Assembly: GCA_902774125.1 (NCBI GenBank)
Contig: CACYHD010000001.1
Location: forward strand, 2,058 to 66,057
Length of the DNA: 64,000 nucleotides
From: an uncultured Lachnospiraceae bacterium
GTDB lineage: Bacteria; Bacillota; Clostridia; Lachnospirales; Lachnospiraceae
Direction of reading: 5' to 3'
The notes under the pieces are model-generated. The model did not search any database and had not been told where the DNA came from. It saw only the letters and a program-made list of their open reading frames with translations. The translations under genes were made by a program, and so were the position numbers. Each line of letters starts with the position of its first letter. The first letter of the stretch is position 1. Positions 31,114-39,446 of the stretch are shown here, one piece after another.

Positions 31114-31149
31114 ATTATAACTTCCTAAAATCTATATTCTGCAATCAAC

Positions 31150-32625
31150 CTACGCACTACTCGCCGGTCTATGTATTCCCAATCTCTCATACGCAATGTT
31201 ATTATTCTCATCGCAAAAAATTCTAAAACTATCTCTATTAACTGCTATGTCATACATCAGCGATGCATCAAAAATCTTATTAATCGCCGACTGCAAGGAT
31301 CTTGCCCCAAACTCACTAGAAATTGTTATATCATCAAATACATTGTCGTCTATATCGAGTCTCACGCCATGCTTTTTCTCTAGCGATTTAGCCTTTTCGA
31401 TAATATCCTTCTTAAGCTTATCCTTTAATATATCATCGCCCAATTCATTCAAGATAAAGAAACAAGATACTCGCCCAACTAGTTCAGGCATCGCACCCAT
31501 TCCCAGTAACTCTTCTCCTATATCTATTTGAAGATTATCCTCAGAACAAGTAATATCTTCCTGGATAGCAAATCCGATAGTTTTCTTGCTTGATTTCTTA
31601 ACGCCAAACTCATGATTTTGAAAAGCACCTAGTAATATCACTGGCATATTGCTAAAATCCACCACCTCAATCTCATTATTCTTATTTTTTTCTATAGTCA
31701 CTTTATTATGAGATAGAATCTGTAAGTAACTCTGTTGAAGTTGTCTCTCATAGTCCGAGGTACTCTTTTCAAGAACAACTTTATCAAACTCGTCTATAAT
31801 CAAAATAAAGAATTCATATTTCTTCCTAGCTGTTTCGATATCAGATATAGCTTGAGTTATATTGCATCCCTTATATGCTTCTGCAGTTATAGTTGTTGCG
31901 TCGATAATCTTGTATCCTAATACATCTTTTAGAGGACTTTTTTCATCCATGCATAATAATTCCCACGCATATGTCTTTCCACTTCCAGACTTCCCTATAA
32001 AAAATGAGGTGTCAACCTTTTCCCCTGTAAATATCTGCATGAGGATATAACAAACTCGCTTGATATATTCGTCCTGTCCTACCATCTTTGATTCCAAAAA
32101 CGCTCTAGCCTTACGAACCATTGTTCTAGCATGGTCGATTTTGCTCATTTGAGTTCTATTCAACCTTCTTTGTCTCCCTGCCTGTTTTTTCTCGTAGTCT
32201 TTTACATATGTATCATGTATTTCCCCTGCCTGAATAATATGTTTTTCAATTTTTTGAAAAAACAAATCAACTTCTCGTGGTGAAACATCTTCAGACAGTT
32301 CACCCTTAAATCTCAAAAACACAGATGTGTTAGGAAAAGGCGATTCGTCCCTATATAGATAATAAGGTTCACATTTTTTCTCATCACTACACATGTCAAC
32401 AAAACATCTAAAAAGAGGTTCTTTATCATTTTGCACATATATGTTTACTACTACAATATCTTCTAACAAGTCAAACTTCAATAATACTCCATAACGATCA
32501 ATCTCATACTTTATCTCTTTAAGTTTTTCTGACCCTGCATGTAGTTCAAAATCAAATGTACCAATGTTCATATTTCTCATGTATTCAAAAATTGCCATTT
32601 TCTTCAACATACTAGCCACCTCCAT
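31150..32625 (-). CDS. ClpX/HslU-like AAA+ ATPase with an unrecognised N-terminal region of about 165 aa
   Basis: MVGQDE, GKSGSGKT, IIDATTITAEAYKG, IIDEFDK, ILLGAF, GAMPELVGR and FGARSL; no ClpX zinc finger seen. Confidence 0.8.
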   Translation of the reverse strand: MEVASMLKKMAIFEYMRNMNIGTFDFELHAGSEKLKEIKYEIDRYGVLLKFDLLEDIVVVNIYVQNDKEPLFRCFVDMCSDEKKCEPYYLYRDESPFPNTSVFLRFKGELSEDVSPREVDLFFQKIEKHIIQAGEIHDTYVKDYEKKQAGRQRRLNRTQMSKIDHARTMVRKARAFLESKMVGQDEYIKRVCYILMQIFTGEKVDTSFFIGKSGSGKTYAWELLCMDEKSPLKDVLGYKIIDATTITAEAYKGCNITQAISDIETARKKYEFFILIIDEFDKVVLEKSTSDYERQLQQSYLQILSHNKVTIEKNKNNEIEVVDFSNMPVILLGAFQNHEFGVKKSSKKTIGFAIQEDITCSEDNLQIDIGEELLGMGAMPELVGRVSCFFILNELGDDILKDKLKKDIIEKAKSLEKKHGVRLDIDDNVFDDITISSEFGARSLQSAINKIFDASLMYDIAVNRDSFRIFCDENNNIAYERLGIHRPASSA

Positions 32626-32626
32626 C

Positions 32627-33484
32627 TCAAGTCATATTGTGCAATAAATTTTGATATGTCTCCTTAATTCTTATAGTCTGTTCATTGGAACCGTTAGCAT
32701 TATCAGGATGGAAAATCTTAATCAATTCCCTATAACGCTTGTTCAAAGACGCCTTATCTGTACAATTTGCAAAAAGTTCCTCATAATCCGAACCATTATT
32801 CTTACTTTGCTGTTCTCTAATAATCTTCGTGTAAGTTTCTTTTTGTTGTCTCAACAATTCTTTATACTGTTCTTCTTTTTCCTTAGCCTTCTTTAACTCT
32901 TCGAAAGCTTGATAATTGCTGCCATAAAAATTACTGTTAGGCGTACCTCCTACTTGATGTGCCATTTTCTGTCCATTATAATATGCATTACCATAAACGT
33001 AATTATTAGCTGTATTAGCGGTGGCTTTATTATGCATTGTTTTAAAGTCATCTTCATTCATAACAACATACGAATTGGTTTTAGCTTTAATAGGAACATC
33101 AACATCCCAAAATTCCAAAACAGAATGTAAATGAAGTCCTCCTATAATCAAAGCAACTATGCAACCCACAACTATTCTCCACGTCAAGTCCGCACCACAA
33201 TCATACATGATCCAAACTATTAGCCAAGTCCATCCAACTGTAAAAACTAGAGATACTATTGCTTTAAGTATTATAAAAAAGTTCAGTATAGTTATTATTG
33301 CAATAGGAATTACAACACTTAACACTATACAAATCGCTGTGTGTATATGTGTAAACTTATGGAAAACCCAAAGCAATGCAACATGTCCCCAAATAGCTTC
33401 TGTAAACAAGATATCTTCTTTAATCACAGCAAATGCACCTAAAGCTATAAAAACTGAATATATTACTAGTATTGTCTCATTCAT
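32627..33484 (-). CDS. membrane protein with C-terminal J-domain
   Basis: Several hydrophobic helices in the N-terminal half; LNKRYRELIKIFHPDN (HPD motif). Confidence 0.85.
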   Translation of the reverse strand: MNETILVIYSVFIALGAFAVIKEDILFTEAIWGHVALLWVFHKFTHIHTAICIVLSVVIPIAIITILNFFIILKAIVSLVFTVGWTWLIVWIMYDCGADLTWRIVVGCIVALIIGGLHLHSVLEFWDVDVPIKAKTNSYVVMNEDDFKTMHNKATANTANNYVYGNAYYNGQKMAHQVGGTPNSNFYGSNYQAFEELKKAKEKEEQYKELLRQQKETYTKIIREQQSKNNGSDYEELFANCTDKASLNKRYRELIKIFHPDNANGSNEQTIRIKETYQNLLHNMT

Positions 33485-34098
33485 TATTTATCATCCCTCT
33501 CAATCATTTTCTTAACTCTCCCATAGTATGTAGACAATCTCACAGAATTCGGTGCAAAAATAAATCTATTGACATATTCTTCAAACTTAAAATCTTTATT
33601 CGCCGAACTTAAAAAAAGATAAACATATATATCTAAATTAGATATTTTATCTAGCCTTTCCAAAAATTCAGATGGCATTTCACTATCTCTCTTATAAGAT
33701 TTCACCAACCTCGTTCTATACAAATCAATAGTACCCTCAAAGTCAATCGCATCACTGGCATCACTGTTTCCAGTCGCCTCTTCAATTACTTTTTTCTTAA
33801 GTTCCCTCACCATATTCAAAACAACATCAAAATCGTTTTCACTAATGCCTTTTTCTTCATTTCGATATTTATTGATAACAGTATTCACATAACCTATTTC
33901 TTTTCCTAAGGCTTTATCAATGTTAGAATGTATCTCATTTTCAGGATAATTCTGACCTTTACACCAATGATTAACTGTTCGAAAATTAACTCCTACCATT
34001 TCAGCAAAGCTATTTTGACGATATCCGTGTTCCTTTAGTTCTTTTTTAAGCCAAATGCCAAATCCTTCTCTACCTGTTTTCATAACTAGTGCCTCCAA
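33484..34098 (-). CDS. XRE-family HTH regulator
   Basis: LKKELKEHGYRQNSFAEMVGVNFRTVNHWCKGQNYP; stop overlaps the start of the J-domain gene. Confidence 0.85.
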   Translation of the reverse strand: MEALVMKTGREGFGIWLKKELKEHGYRQNSFAEMVGVNFRTVNHWCKGQNYPENEIHSNIDKALGKEIGYVNTVINKYRNEEKGISENDFDVVLNMVRELKKKVIEEATGNSDASDAIDFEGTIDLYRTRLVKSYKRDSEMPSEFLERLDKISNLDIYVYLFLSSANKDFKFEEYVNRFIFAPNSVRLSTYYGRVKKMIERDDK

Positions 34099-34223
34099 CT
34101 AAATAATTTTATTATCTATCACGATTGTAACAACCGAACAAACGTTTGTAAATGGAAAATTCTCGAGAGTTTTTATTGAGAAGGGATTTTGTTTTTTATT
34201 TATCGGCCAAAAGATACAAAAAA

Positions 34224-34259
34224 AGCCAACAGATGACTCCCACATCACCTGTTGGCTCT
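34224..34259. terminator. intrinsic terminator downstream of hicB
   Basis: AGCCAACAG...CTGTTGGCT hairpin flanked by an A-run. Confidence 0.7.
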
Positions 34260-34299
34260 AAAAACAAAATATACTATTATATAGACCGCCCCCCGCGAA

Positions 34300-34752
34300 T
34301 TAATCTAAATCATCCAGCATTTTAGGAAGCGATATACTAACTCCATCCTCAAGCGCCGCCTCAATCCAAAGTCTTTTCACTTCGGCCAGATACTCTATAA
34401 GCTGTTCCTTGCTATCAGCCTGCGTGATACATCCAGGCAACTCCGGATAATACCCCGCATAACTTTCCTCGCACTTTTCGATTTTGATTTCATAAGGCAA
34501 CGCCAGATAAAACATTAAATCCTTCTTCATTTTGCAAGGATCAGGTAGTTTCCTTCCTTCCTCAAGCGCTGTCTCAATCCACAACTTCATGTTTTCGTGA
34601 ATATTGGCTGCCGCCTCTAGATAAGTTTTACCATCCGCCATGCACCCAGGCAGCTCCGTCACTTCAGCGACAAAGTGACCGTATTCATCCGACCAACATA
34701 TGACCGTTCTGTACTTCTTCACCAAATCATCCATTTTACAACTTTCCAACAT
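34300..34752 (-). CDS. hicB: HicB-like antitoxin made of two tandem HicB domains, no adjacent hicA
   Basis: Two copies of the ELPGC..G/A.T/S..E....L.E...LWIE.ALE.G...P motif. Confidence 0.8.
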   Translation of the reverse strand: MLESCKMDDLVKKYRTVICWSDEYGHFVAEVTELPGCMADGKTYLEAAANIHENMKLWIETALEEGRKLPDPCKMKKDLMFYLALPYEIKIEKCEESYAGYYPELPGCITQADSKEQLIEYLAEVKRLWIEAALEDGVSISLPKMLDDLD

Positions 34753-34824
34753 AAAACCACCTCCCTCGTTTTACCTAAGGTCCCATAAACGCTTCATCTT
34801 CCTCCTTTTTATTTTTACCAATCG

Positions 34825-36138
34825 CTACAACCCAACATTCCTCAAACACACCTCATTGATATTACACTTAGCCTTAATCTCTGCAATCTCCTTCCTTGTA
34901 ATATACTTGTGCTCCATCAACGCCTGCGCAACAGTCTCGAAGAACGCCATATTGTTAGCCAGAATTATCATGGTGTTCTTGTAAGCGTCTCTTGCAATCT
35001 TGATTTTATTCATATCTGTCAAAAACTGCTTGTTCTCCGAACTATGAGGAATAGTAAGTCCAATCACATCCATCACATCGCTAGCACCCAGACCTGATGA
35101 AATATGAGAAACCAAATCGCCTAAGTTCTGCATATCCTCCTGAGCTCCACAATCGTAACCCGGGAACTTCAACTCGGTAGCCACCTTGCCAGCAACATAT
35201 GTGTATAGGCATCTGTCGTAGTCACGCTTAGAACCATACACCTCAGACTTAATCTTAGTCACTCCCTTCATAAAACTATCATGAATAGCCACAAGCACAA
35301 CGCTTCCAGGATTAATCAATTCGTTAACCACCGCGTGTCCGGCCTCGTGGTAAGCAACTCTCATTCTCATATCTTCTGTGTAGTTTTGGTCATACTTGAT
35401 AGGCGCATAGTTCACTTCAATATCCGAGTATCTATTAATGTAGTTAACCACCAAGTCATCCATAGAAATAAACTCTTTGTTCTTGTAAATATTCTTTCCC
35501 GCAGTGTCGTTAATCAAATTCTCTAGCGATGCAGCATTCTCGTCGTTGGCCATGTCGCATAGCACGTCCAGAGAAACTGTATCGTCTATCTTTTTGCCTC
35601 GAAGGAAGTACTCAGCCAACTTCTTCGCATCCTCACCGAACGGTGGTCTGATATTAAACTTGATGTCGAATCTTCCGGATCTAAGAAGTGACTCAGGAAG
35701 TTTCATCTTATCATTAACCGTCGCCAAAACAATGACATTCTCATTCTTACAACCGTCGATGCAAGACTGAACCGCAATATACTCTTCGGCATCTCGATAC
35801 TCATATCTGGCATTAGCGTACTTATCCATATCGTCTAGCAAAACAATTGATGCCCCATCTTCCTTAGCACTAGCCTTAGCCTCCTCAAAAATTGACATAA
35901 TCTTCTGGGCAAATCTTCCACTACTCTCGCTACGTCTGCAAATATAATACTTAACACCACTCTCCTTCATAAATTCCTCAGACAACAAAGTCTTTCCTAC
36001 ACCTGGTTCACCATAGAACATAATCCCCTTAACTAGCTTAACCCCCTGCTTATCGTACAACTCAGGATTCTTAATCTGGTTAATCACCTTTTCTAGTTCT
36101 CTCTTTTCTCTTTCCATTCCAATAACTCTTTCAAACAT
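34825..36138 (-). CDS. soluble FtsH-like AAA+ metalloprotease (AAA plus M41), no transmembrane segment
   Basis: GEPGVGKT, LLDDMDK, LLRSGRFD, zinc motif HEAGH, GAQED. Confidence 0.85.
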   Translation of the reverse strand: MFERVIGMEREKRELEKVINQIKNPELYDKQGVKLVKGIMFYGEPGVGKTLLSEEFMKESGVKYYICRRSESSGRFAQKIMSIFEEAKASAKEDGASIVLLDDMDKYANARYEYRDAEEYIAVQSCIDGCKNENVIVLATVNDKMKLPESLLRSGRFDIKFNIRPPFGEDAKKLAEYFLRGKKIDDTVSLDVLCDMANDENAASLENLINDTAGKNIYKNKEFISMDDLVVNYINRYSDIEVNYAPIKYDQNYTEDMRMRVAYHEAGHAVVNELINPGSVVLVAIHDSFMKGVTKIKSEVYGSKRDYDRCLYTYVAGKVATELKFPGYDCGAQEDMQNLGDLVSHISSGLGASDVMDVIGLTIPHSSENKQFLTDMNKIKIARDAYKNTMIILANNMAFFETVAQALMEHKYITRKEIAEIKAKCNINEVCLRNVGL

Positions 36139-36173
36139 AATTAAATCTCCTTTCTGTTTTTAACACAAAAAAA

Positions 36174-36269
36174 CACTTGGCGGAGCGCGAGGAGGATAAA
36201 GCGCTCCACCATGTGTCATCTAAATCAGCACATCGCTCTAGGAGGAGTCGAGCTAGTGCCTTGTTTTTT
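36174..36269. other. paired hairpins with AGGAGG-containing loops; terminator pair or small RNA
   Basis: Hairpins at 36174-36215 and 36228-36259, with an A-run on the left and a T-run on the right. Confidence 0.5.
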
Positions 36270-36279
36270 ACATGCCTCT

Positions 36280-36765
36280 TTAATAATTAGTTTGTCCATT
36301 ATAGTTTCTACTATCGTCATCATCATAGTCATAATAGTCATCATCGCTACTACTACTATTATCTTCACTAGAACTACCACAACTTACAACATAAAGAATA
36401 AACATAATTACCACTAAAAGTGCAACTGTTGTTATGGCCAATGCTCTAACAAAAGCTCTAAAAATCCAAGTCATAACCAAAACAAAATCTAACCCAAATT
36501 TTCCTTCTCTTACCAAATAATAAATTATACAAACTACTAGTGACACTAAAAATATACCTATAAGACACATGTCTATCTTATTATCCCAGTCTATTCCGTG
36601 AGAGAAACAGTTAGTGATCCAACATGGTATCGCCACTAAACCGAATCCTGCAATAAAGTTTTCAAGCCAATACACATCACCATCCTCAAAAACAAGTTTT
36701 CCTAATCCAATAAATCCTAATCCTACTAAAGCTGCAATAATTACTACTGTTATTAATGTTGTCAT
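36280..36765 (-). CDS. hypothetical multi-pass membrane protein with acidic Ser/Asp tail
   Basis: Hydrophobic helices; AGGAG RBS 7 nt before ATG 36765 (track start 36789 is likely too long). Confidence 0.7.
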   Translation of the reverse strand: MTTLITVVIIAALVGLGFIGLGKLVFEDGDVYWLENFIAGFGLVAIPCWITNCFSHGIDWDNKIDMCLIGIFLVSLVVCIIYYLVREGKFGLDFVLVMTWIFRAFVRALAITTVALLVVIMFILYVVSCGSSSEDNSSSSDDDYYDYDDDDSRNYNGQTNY

Positions 36766-36812
36766 GATAATTCTCCTTTCAAAAAGCAATTAATTATTTC
36801 TTCTTACACTTA

Positions 36813-36843
36813 TATATACTGTCATTAAAAACGAGAATTAACA
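36813..36843 (-). promoter_or_regulatory. bipartite motif copy 1 (TGTTAATT-N12-GACAGTATATA)
   Basis: One of five exactly spaced copies; 47 nt upstream of ATG 36765. Confidence 0.75.
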
Positions 36844-36893
36844 TTTTTCACAAAAAAAGAACAAGGCATTACACCTTGTTCTCATTATTTTAG

Positions 36894-37200
36894 TTATTTA
36901 ATTACTCTTTCTTTTATTACAGCTTCCCTGGTGCTAATTATCTTTTCGGTGGTTTTAAGCGATTCTTCATTAATCTCTATCAATTTCTTCTCACCTAATC
37001 GCTCACCTCTTTCTATGCCTTCAAGAGATATCATTTCTATCAAGATTGAGCATTATTGTGCACTCTACAGGTTCTTTTCGTATTAGTTCTTTAAAATAAT
37101 CCATCGCCTCTGTGTAATGGACTCTATCTTCTTCAGGGGTTCTACATTTATCAATATTAATTAAACTCTCGTCAAATTGCAATATTTTAATAGTCATCAC
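36894..37200 (-). pseudogene. internally deleted, frameshifted paralog of the JAB/RadC-like gene at 37995-38645
   Basis: TIKILQFDESLINIDKCRTPEEDR aligns with TIKLLEYDEKLINADKCITPEKDR; stops at 37021; a second frame gives a weakly similar C-terminus; JAB core missing. Confidence 0.7.
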
Positions 37201-37228
37201 TCCTATCTTTTGCATTCCACGATGCTGA

Positions 37229-37511
37229 TTTTCAATTCCTCATAGTACTCCTGCAACAAAAAAGTGTTGATTGTTAATCTTTTTGGCGGTCCGTTTCAAT
37301 TCCTCATAGTACTCCTGCACAAAGACCAAGGAAGCGATACGAAAATTAGAAGAGTTTCAATTCCTCATAGTACTCCTGCAACTTTTTTATTTATATAGCA
37401 CTACGAAGGAGGACGTTATGGTTTCAATTCCTCATAGTACTCCTGCAACAACGAAATTGGTGATGATTTACTCATTTTACCAGTTTCAATTCCTCATAGT
37501 ACTCCTGCAAC
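37229..37511 (-). CRISPR. CRISPR array 1: 5 repeats, 4 spacers (33-38 nt); repeat GTTGCAGGAGTACTATGAGGAATTGAAAC
   Basis: Repeats start at 37229, 37293, 37354, 37421 and 37483; degenerate terminal repeat on the left; leader on the right. Confidence 0.97.
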
Positions 37512-37560
37512 AGACGGTTTTCCTAGCTCCGTCATAACCATTTTATCATAATATGTTGTT
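37512..37560 (-). promoter_or_regulatory. CRISPR leader 1
   Basis: GACGG...CCGTC inverted repeat next to the first repeat; TGATAAAAT extended -10-like element; near-identical to 39208-39256. Confidence 0.75.
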
Positions 37561-37683
37561 TTTTCAATATTTTAGGCCTTTTTTGACCTCAATTATTCGT
37601 CGGGGATTGTTCAAAAATCCCTATAATACGGCATAATAACCTCCCTTCACAAACCAAACCTCGAGTTACTAAACCAATCCTTA

Positions 37684-37896
37684 TCAAGTCTTACTAGTCA
37701 GATTCAATTTAAAGTCTCCTTTCTCAATATACGCACTCTTACAACAAGCAGCAAAAATTCCAGCAATAATTATTCCAGCCCCGCATTCAACTATTCTAGT
37801 AATATTATCTCCGCTTAATTTGTCACATAAACTAGTCTTGCCTGTTGTTGCTTCGTTAGTAGTTACTTCGTTAATTTCTTTTCTGATATCTGTCAT
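37684..37896 (-). CDS. small (about 70 aa) single-helix membrane protein between the arrays
   Basis: ATG 37896 with GAGGT RBS; hydrophobic GAGIIIAGIFAACC; track start at 37998 lies inside a terminator. Confidence 0.55.
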   Translation of the reverse strand: MTDIRKEINEVTTNEATTGKTSLCDKLSGDNITRIVECGAGIIIAGIFAACCKSAYIEKGDFKLNLTSKT

Positions 37897-37936
37897 AATA
37901 CACCTCATTTCTAAAACAATTGCTCGGTTACACTTA

Positions 37937-37967
37937 TATATACTGTCATCAGAAATGAAAATTAACA
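37937..37967 (-). promoter_or_regulatory. bipartite motif copy 2
   Basis: TATATACTGTC-N12-AATTAACA on plus strand; 40 nt upstream of ATG 37896. Confidence 0.75.
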
Positions 37968-37976
37968 TTTTTGCAT

Positions 37977-38010
37977 AAAAAAAGCAGATTTTTTTCAATC
38001 TGCTTTTTTT
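37977..38010. terminator. terminator overlapping the stop of the JAB-like gene
   Basis: AAAAAAAGCAGATT...AATCTGCTTTTTTT. Confidence 0.8.
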
Positions 38011-38645
38011 TGATATGCTTTTCTGAATAACTCTTCTTCCATTTTTCTGATTTCCTCTTCTCTACTATTCAAATTCTTAGTTGCAACTTCAACCATATTA
38101 CAATCATCTAAGTATTTGCTTTCAATAGTAATACCTGCCCTATCTAACAGTTCATATTTTTCTTTACTTTTTCTAAAAACCTCTCTATATCGATATGCCG
38201 CCAACAACTCTTCGTCATATTCAAGAACTTTCCCATCAGGCATTACCACAAAATTTGCTGCAAATATTATTTCATATTCTGCTAAGTTTTTGGCCATTGA
38301 TCTAGTAAAAAGAATATCTCCTTCCGAAAAATATTCATATTTTTGTAAAGTGTGATTATGCATATATACAACCGACTTAGCTTTACTTATTAAGGTTGGC
38401 GCAAATAATTCCGAGAAAGGAACATCCACTCTATTAGCGTCATTAGAAGTATGCTTGCAATAGTTTATTATATTACCTTTTTCATCAAGATTGATAATTA
38501 TTGAAGACTCAATCTTATCGCTCCTAATCATATCAAAAAAATAATCTAATGCATCTTCACAGTAGATTCTATCCTTTTCAGGTGTTATGCACTTATCTGC
38601 ATTTATTAGTTTCTCGTCATATTCTAATAGTTTAATGGTGATCAC
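37995..38645 (-). CDS. divergent JAB/MPN (RadC-like) domain protein
   Basis: IESSIIINLD...VVYMHNH-x8-SEGDILFT resembles the RadC E...HNHx7SxxD motif. Confidence 0.65.
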   Translation of the reverse strand: MITIKLLEYDEKLINADKCITPEKDRIYCEDALDYFFDMIRSDKIESSIIINLDEKGNIINYCKHTSNDANRVDVPFSELFAPTLISKAKSVVYMHNHTLQKYEYFSEGDILFTRSMAKNLAEYEIIFAANFVVMPDGKVLEYDEELLAAYRYREVFRKSKEKYELLDRAGITIESKYLDDCNMVEVATKNLNSREEEIRKMEEELFRKAYQKKAD

Positions 38646-38672
38646 TCCTTTACTTACATATTCATGGTGTGG

Positions 38673-39207
38673 TTTTCAATTCCTTATAGTAGTTCAACAA
38701 CCACTAGGTTTCATTTGTGCCTTATATAACAGACTGTTTCAATTCCTTATAGTAGTTCAACAACTTGATGATCCATGGGTCTGACTTCTATGCTATGCTT
38801 CAATTCCTTATAGTAGTTCAACAACGACTAAGAAACATAGCTAATTGCATAAACACCTAGTTTCAATTCCTTATAGTAGTTCAACAACACCTATACAGAT
38901 AGGCAAATAGAAGAACTTATCAAGCTTCAATTCCTTATAGTAGTTCAATAACTGCTTCATATAACAGATGAGTGCTCAACATATCTTGATGTTTCAATTC
39001 CTTATAGTAGTTCAACAACGCCGAAGATGTTCCAACACCCACATTACAAGTGTTTCAATTCCTTATAGTAGTTCAACAACTCGGCATCGTTGAGTCTTGC
39101 ATCAAAGATAAGCAGGGTTTCAATTCCTTATAGTAGTTCAACAACCTGAAGCCCTTGATGAAGCAATACCTTTCGTTGGTTTCAATTCCTTATAGTAGTT
39201 CAACAAC
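38673..39207 (-). CRISPR. CRISPR array 2: 9 repeats, 8 spacers (32-38 nt); repeat GTTGTTGAACTACTATAAGGAATTGAAAC
   Basis: Repeats start at 38673, 38736, 38797, 38860, 38924, 38991, 39052, 39117 and 39179; variants concentrated toward the trailer side. Confidence 0.98.
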
Positions 39208-39256
39208 AGACGGTTTTTCTGGCTCCGTCATAACCATTTTATCACAATATGTGTAT
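39208..39256 (-). promoter_or_regulatory. CRISPR leader 2
   Basis: Homologous to leader 1 (AGACGGTTTT.CT.GCTCCGTCATAACCATTTTATCA). Confidence 0.75.
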
Positions 39257-39446
39257 TATTCAACTTTTCATAGTAATTACCGGCATCTTTTTTCGTCGAG
39301 GAATTCACAAAAACCGCCATTTTACAGCATTTTTTGTATTAGCATATCCTCGACGAAAAATTGCAATATAATTAGTGACTTCTATAACTCCACAATCTAT
39401 TTAATTGCTTTTAATTATAGATCATAAAGTATTTTATATTTCCCTA

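Noticed and set aside
37450-37482. Spacer NEIGDDLL resembles NELGDDIL in the ClpX-like gene (about 31420-31450)
   Set aside because: Similarity is at the amino-acid level only, with many nucleotide mismatches; not self-targeting.
39155-39427. Plus-strand 90-aa ORF across array 2 and its leader
   Set aside because: Chance frame through a repeat and AT-rich leader; no RBS.
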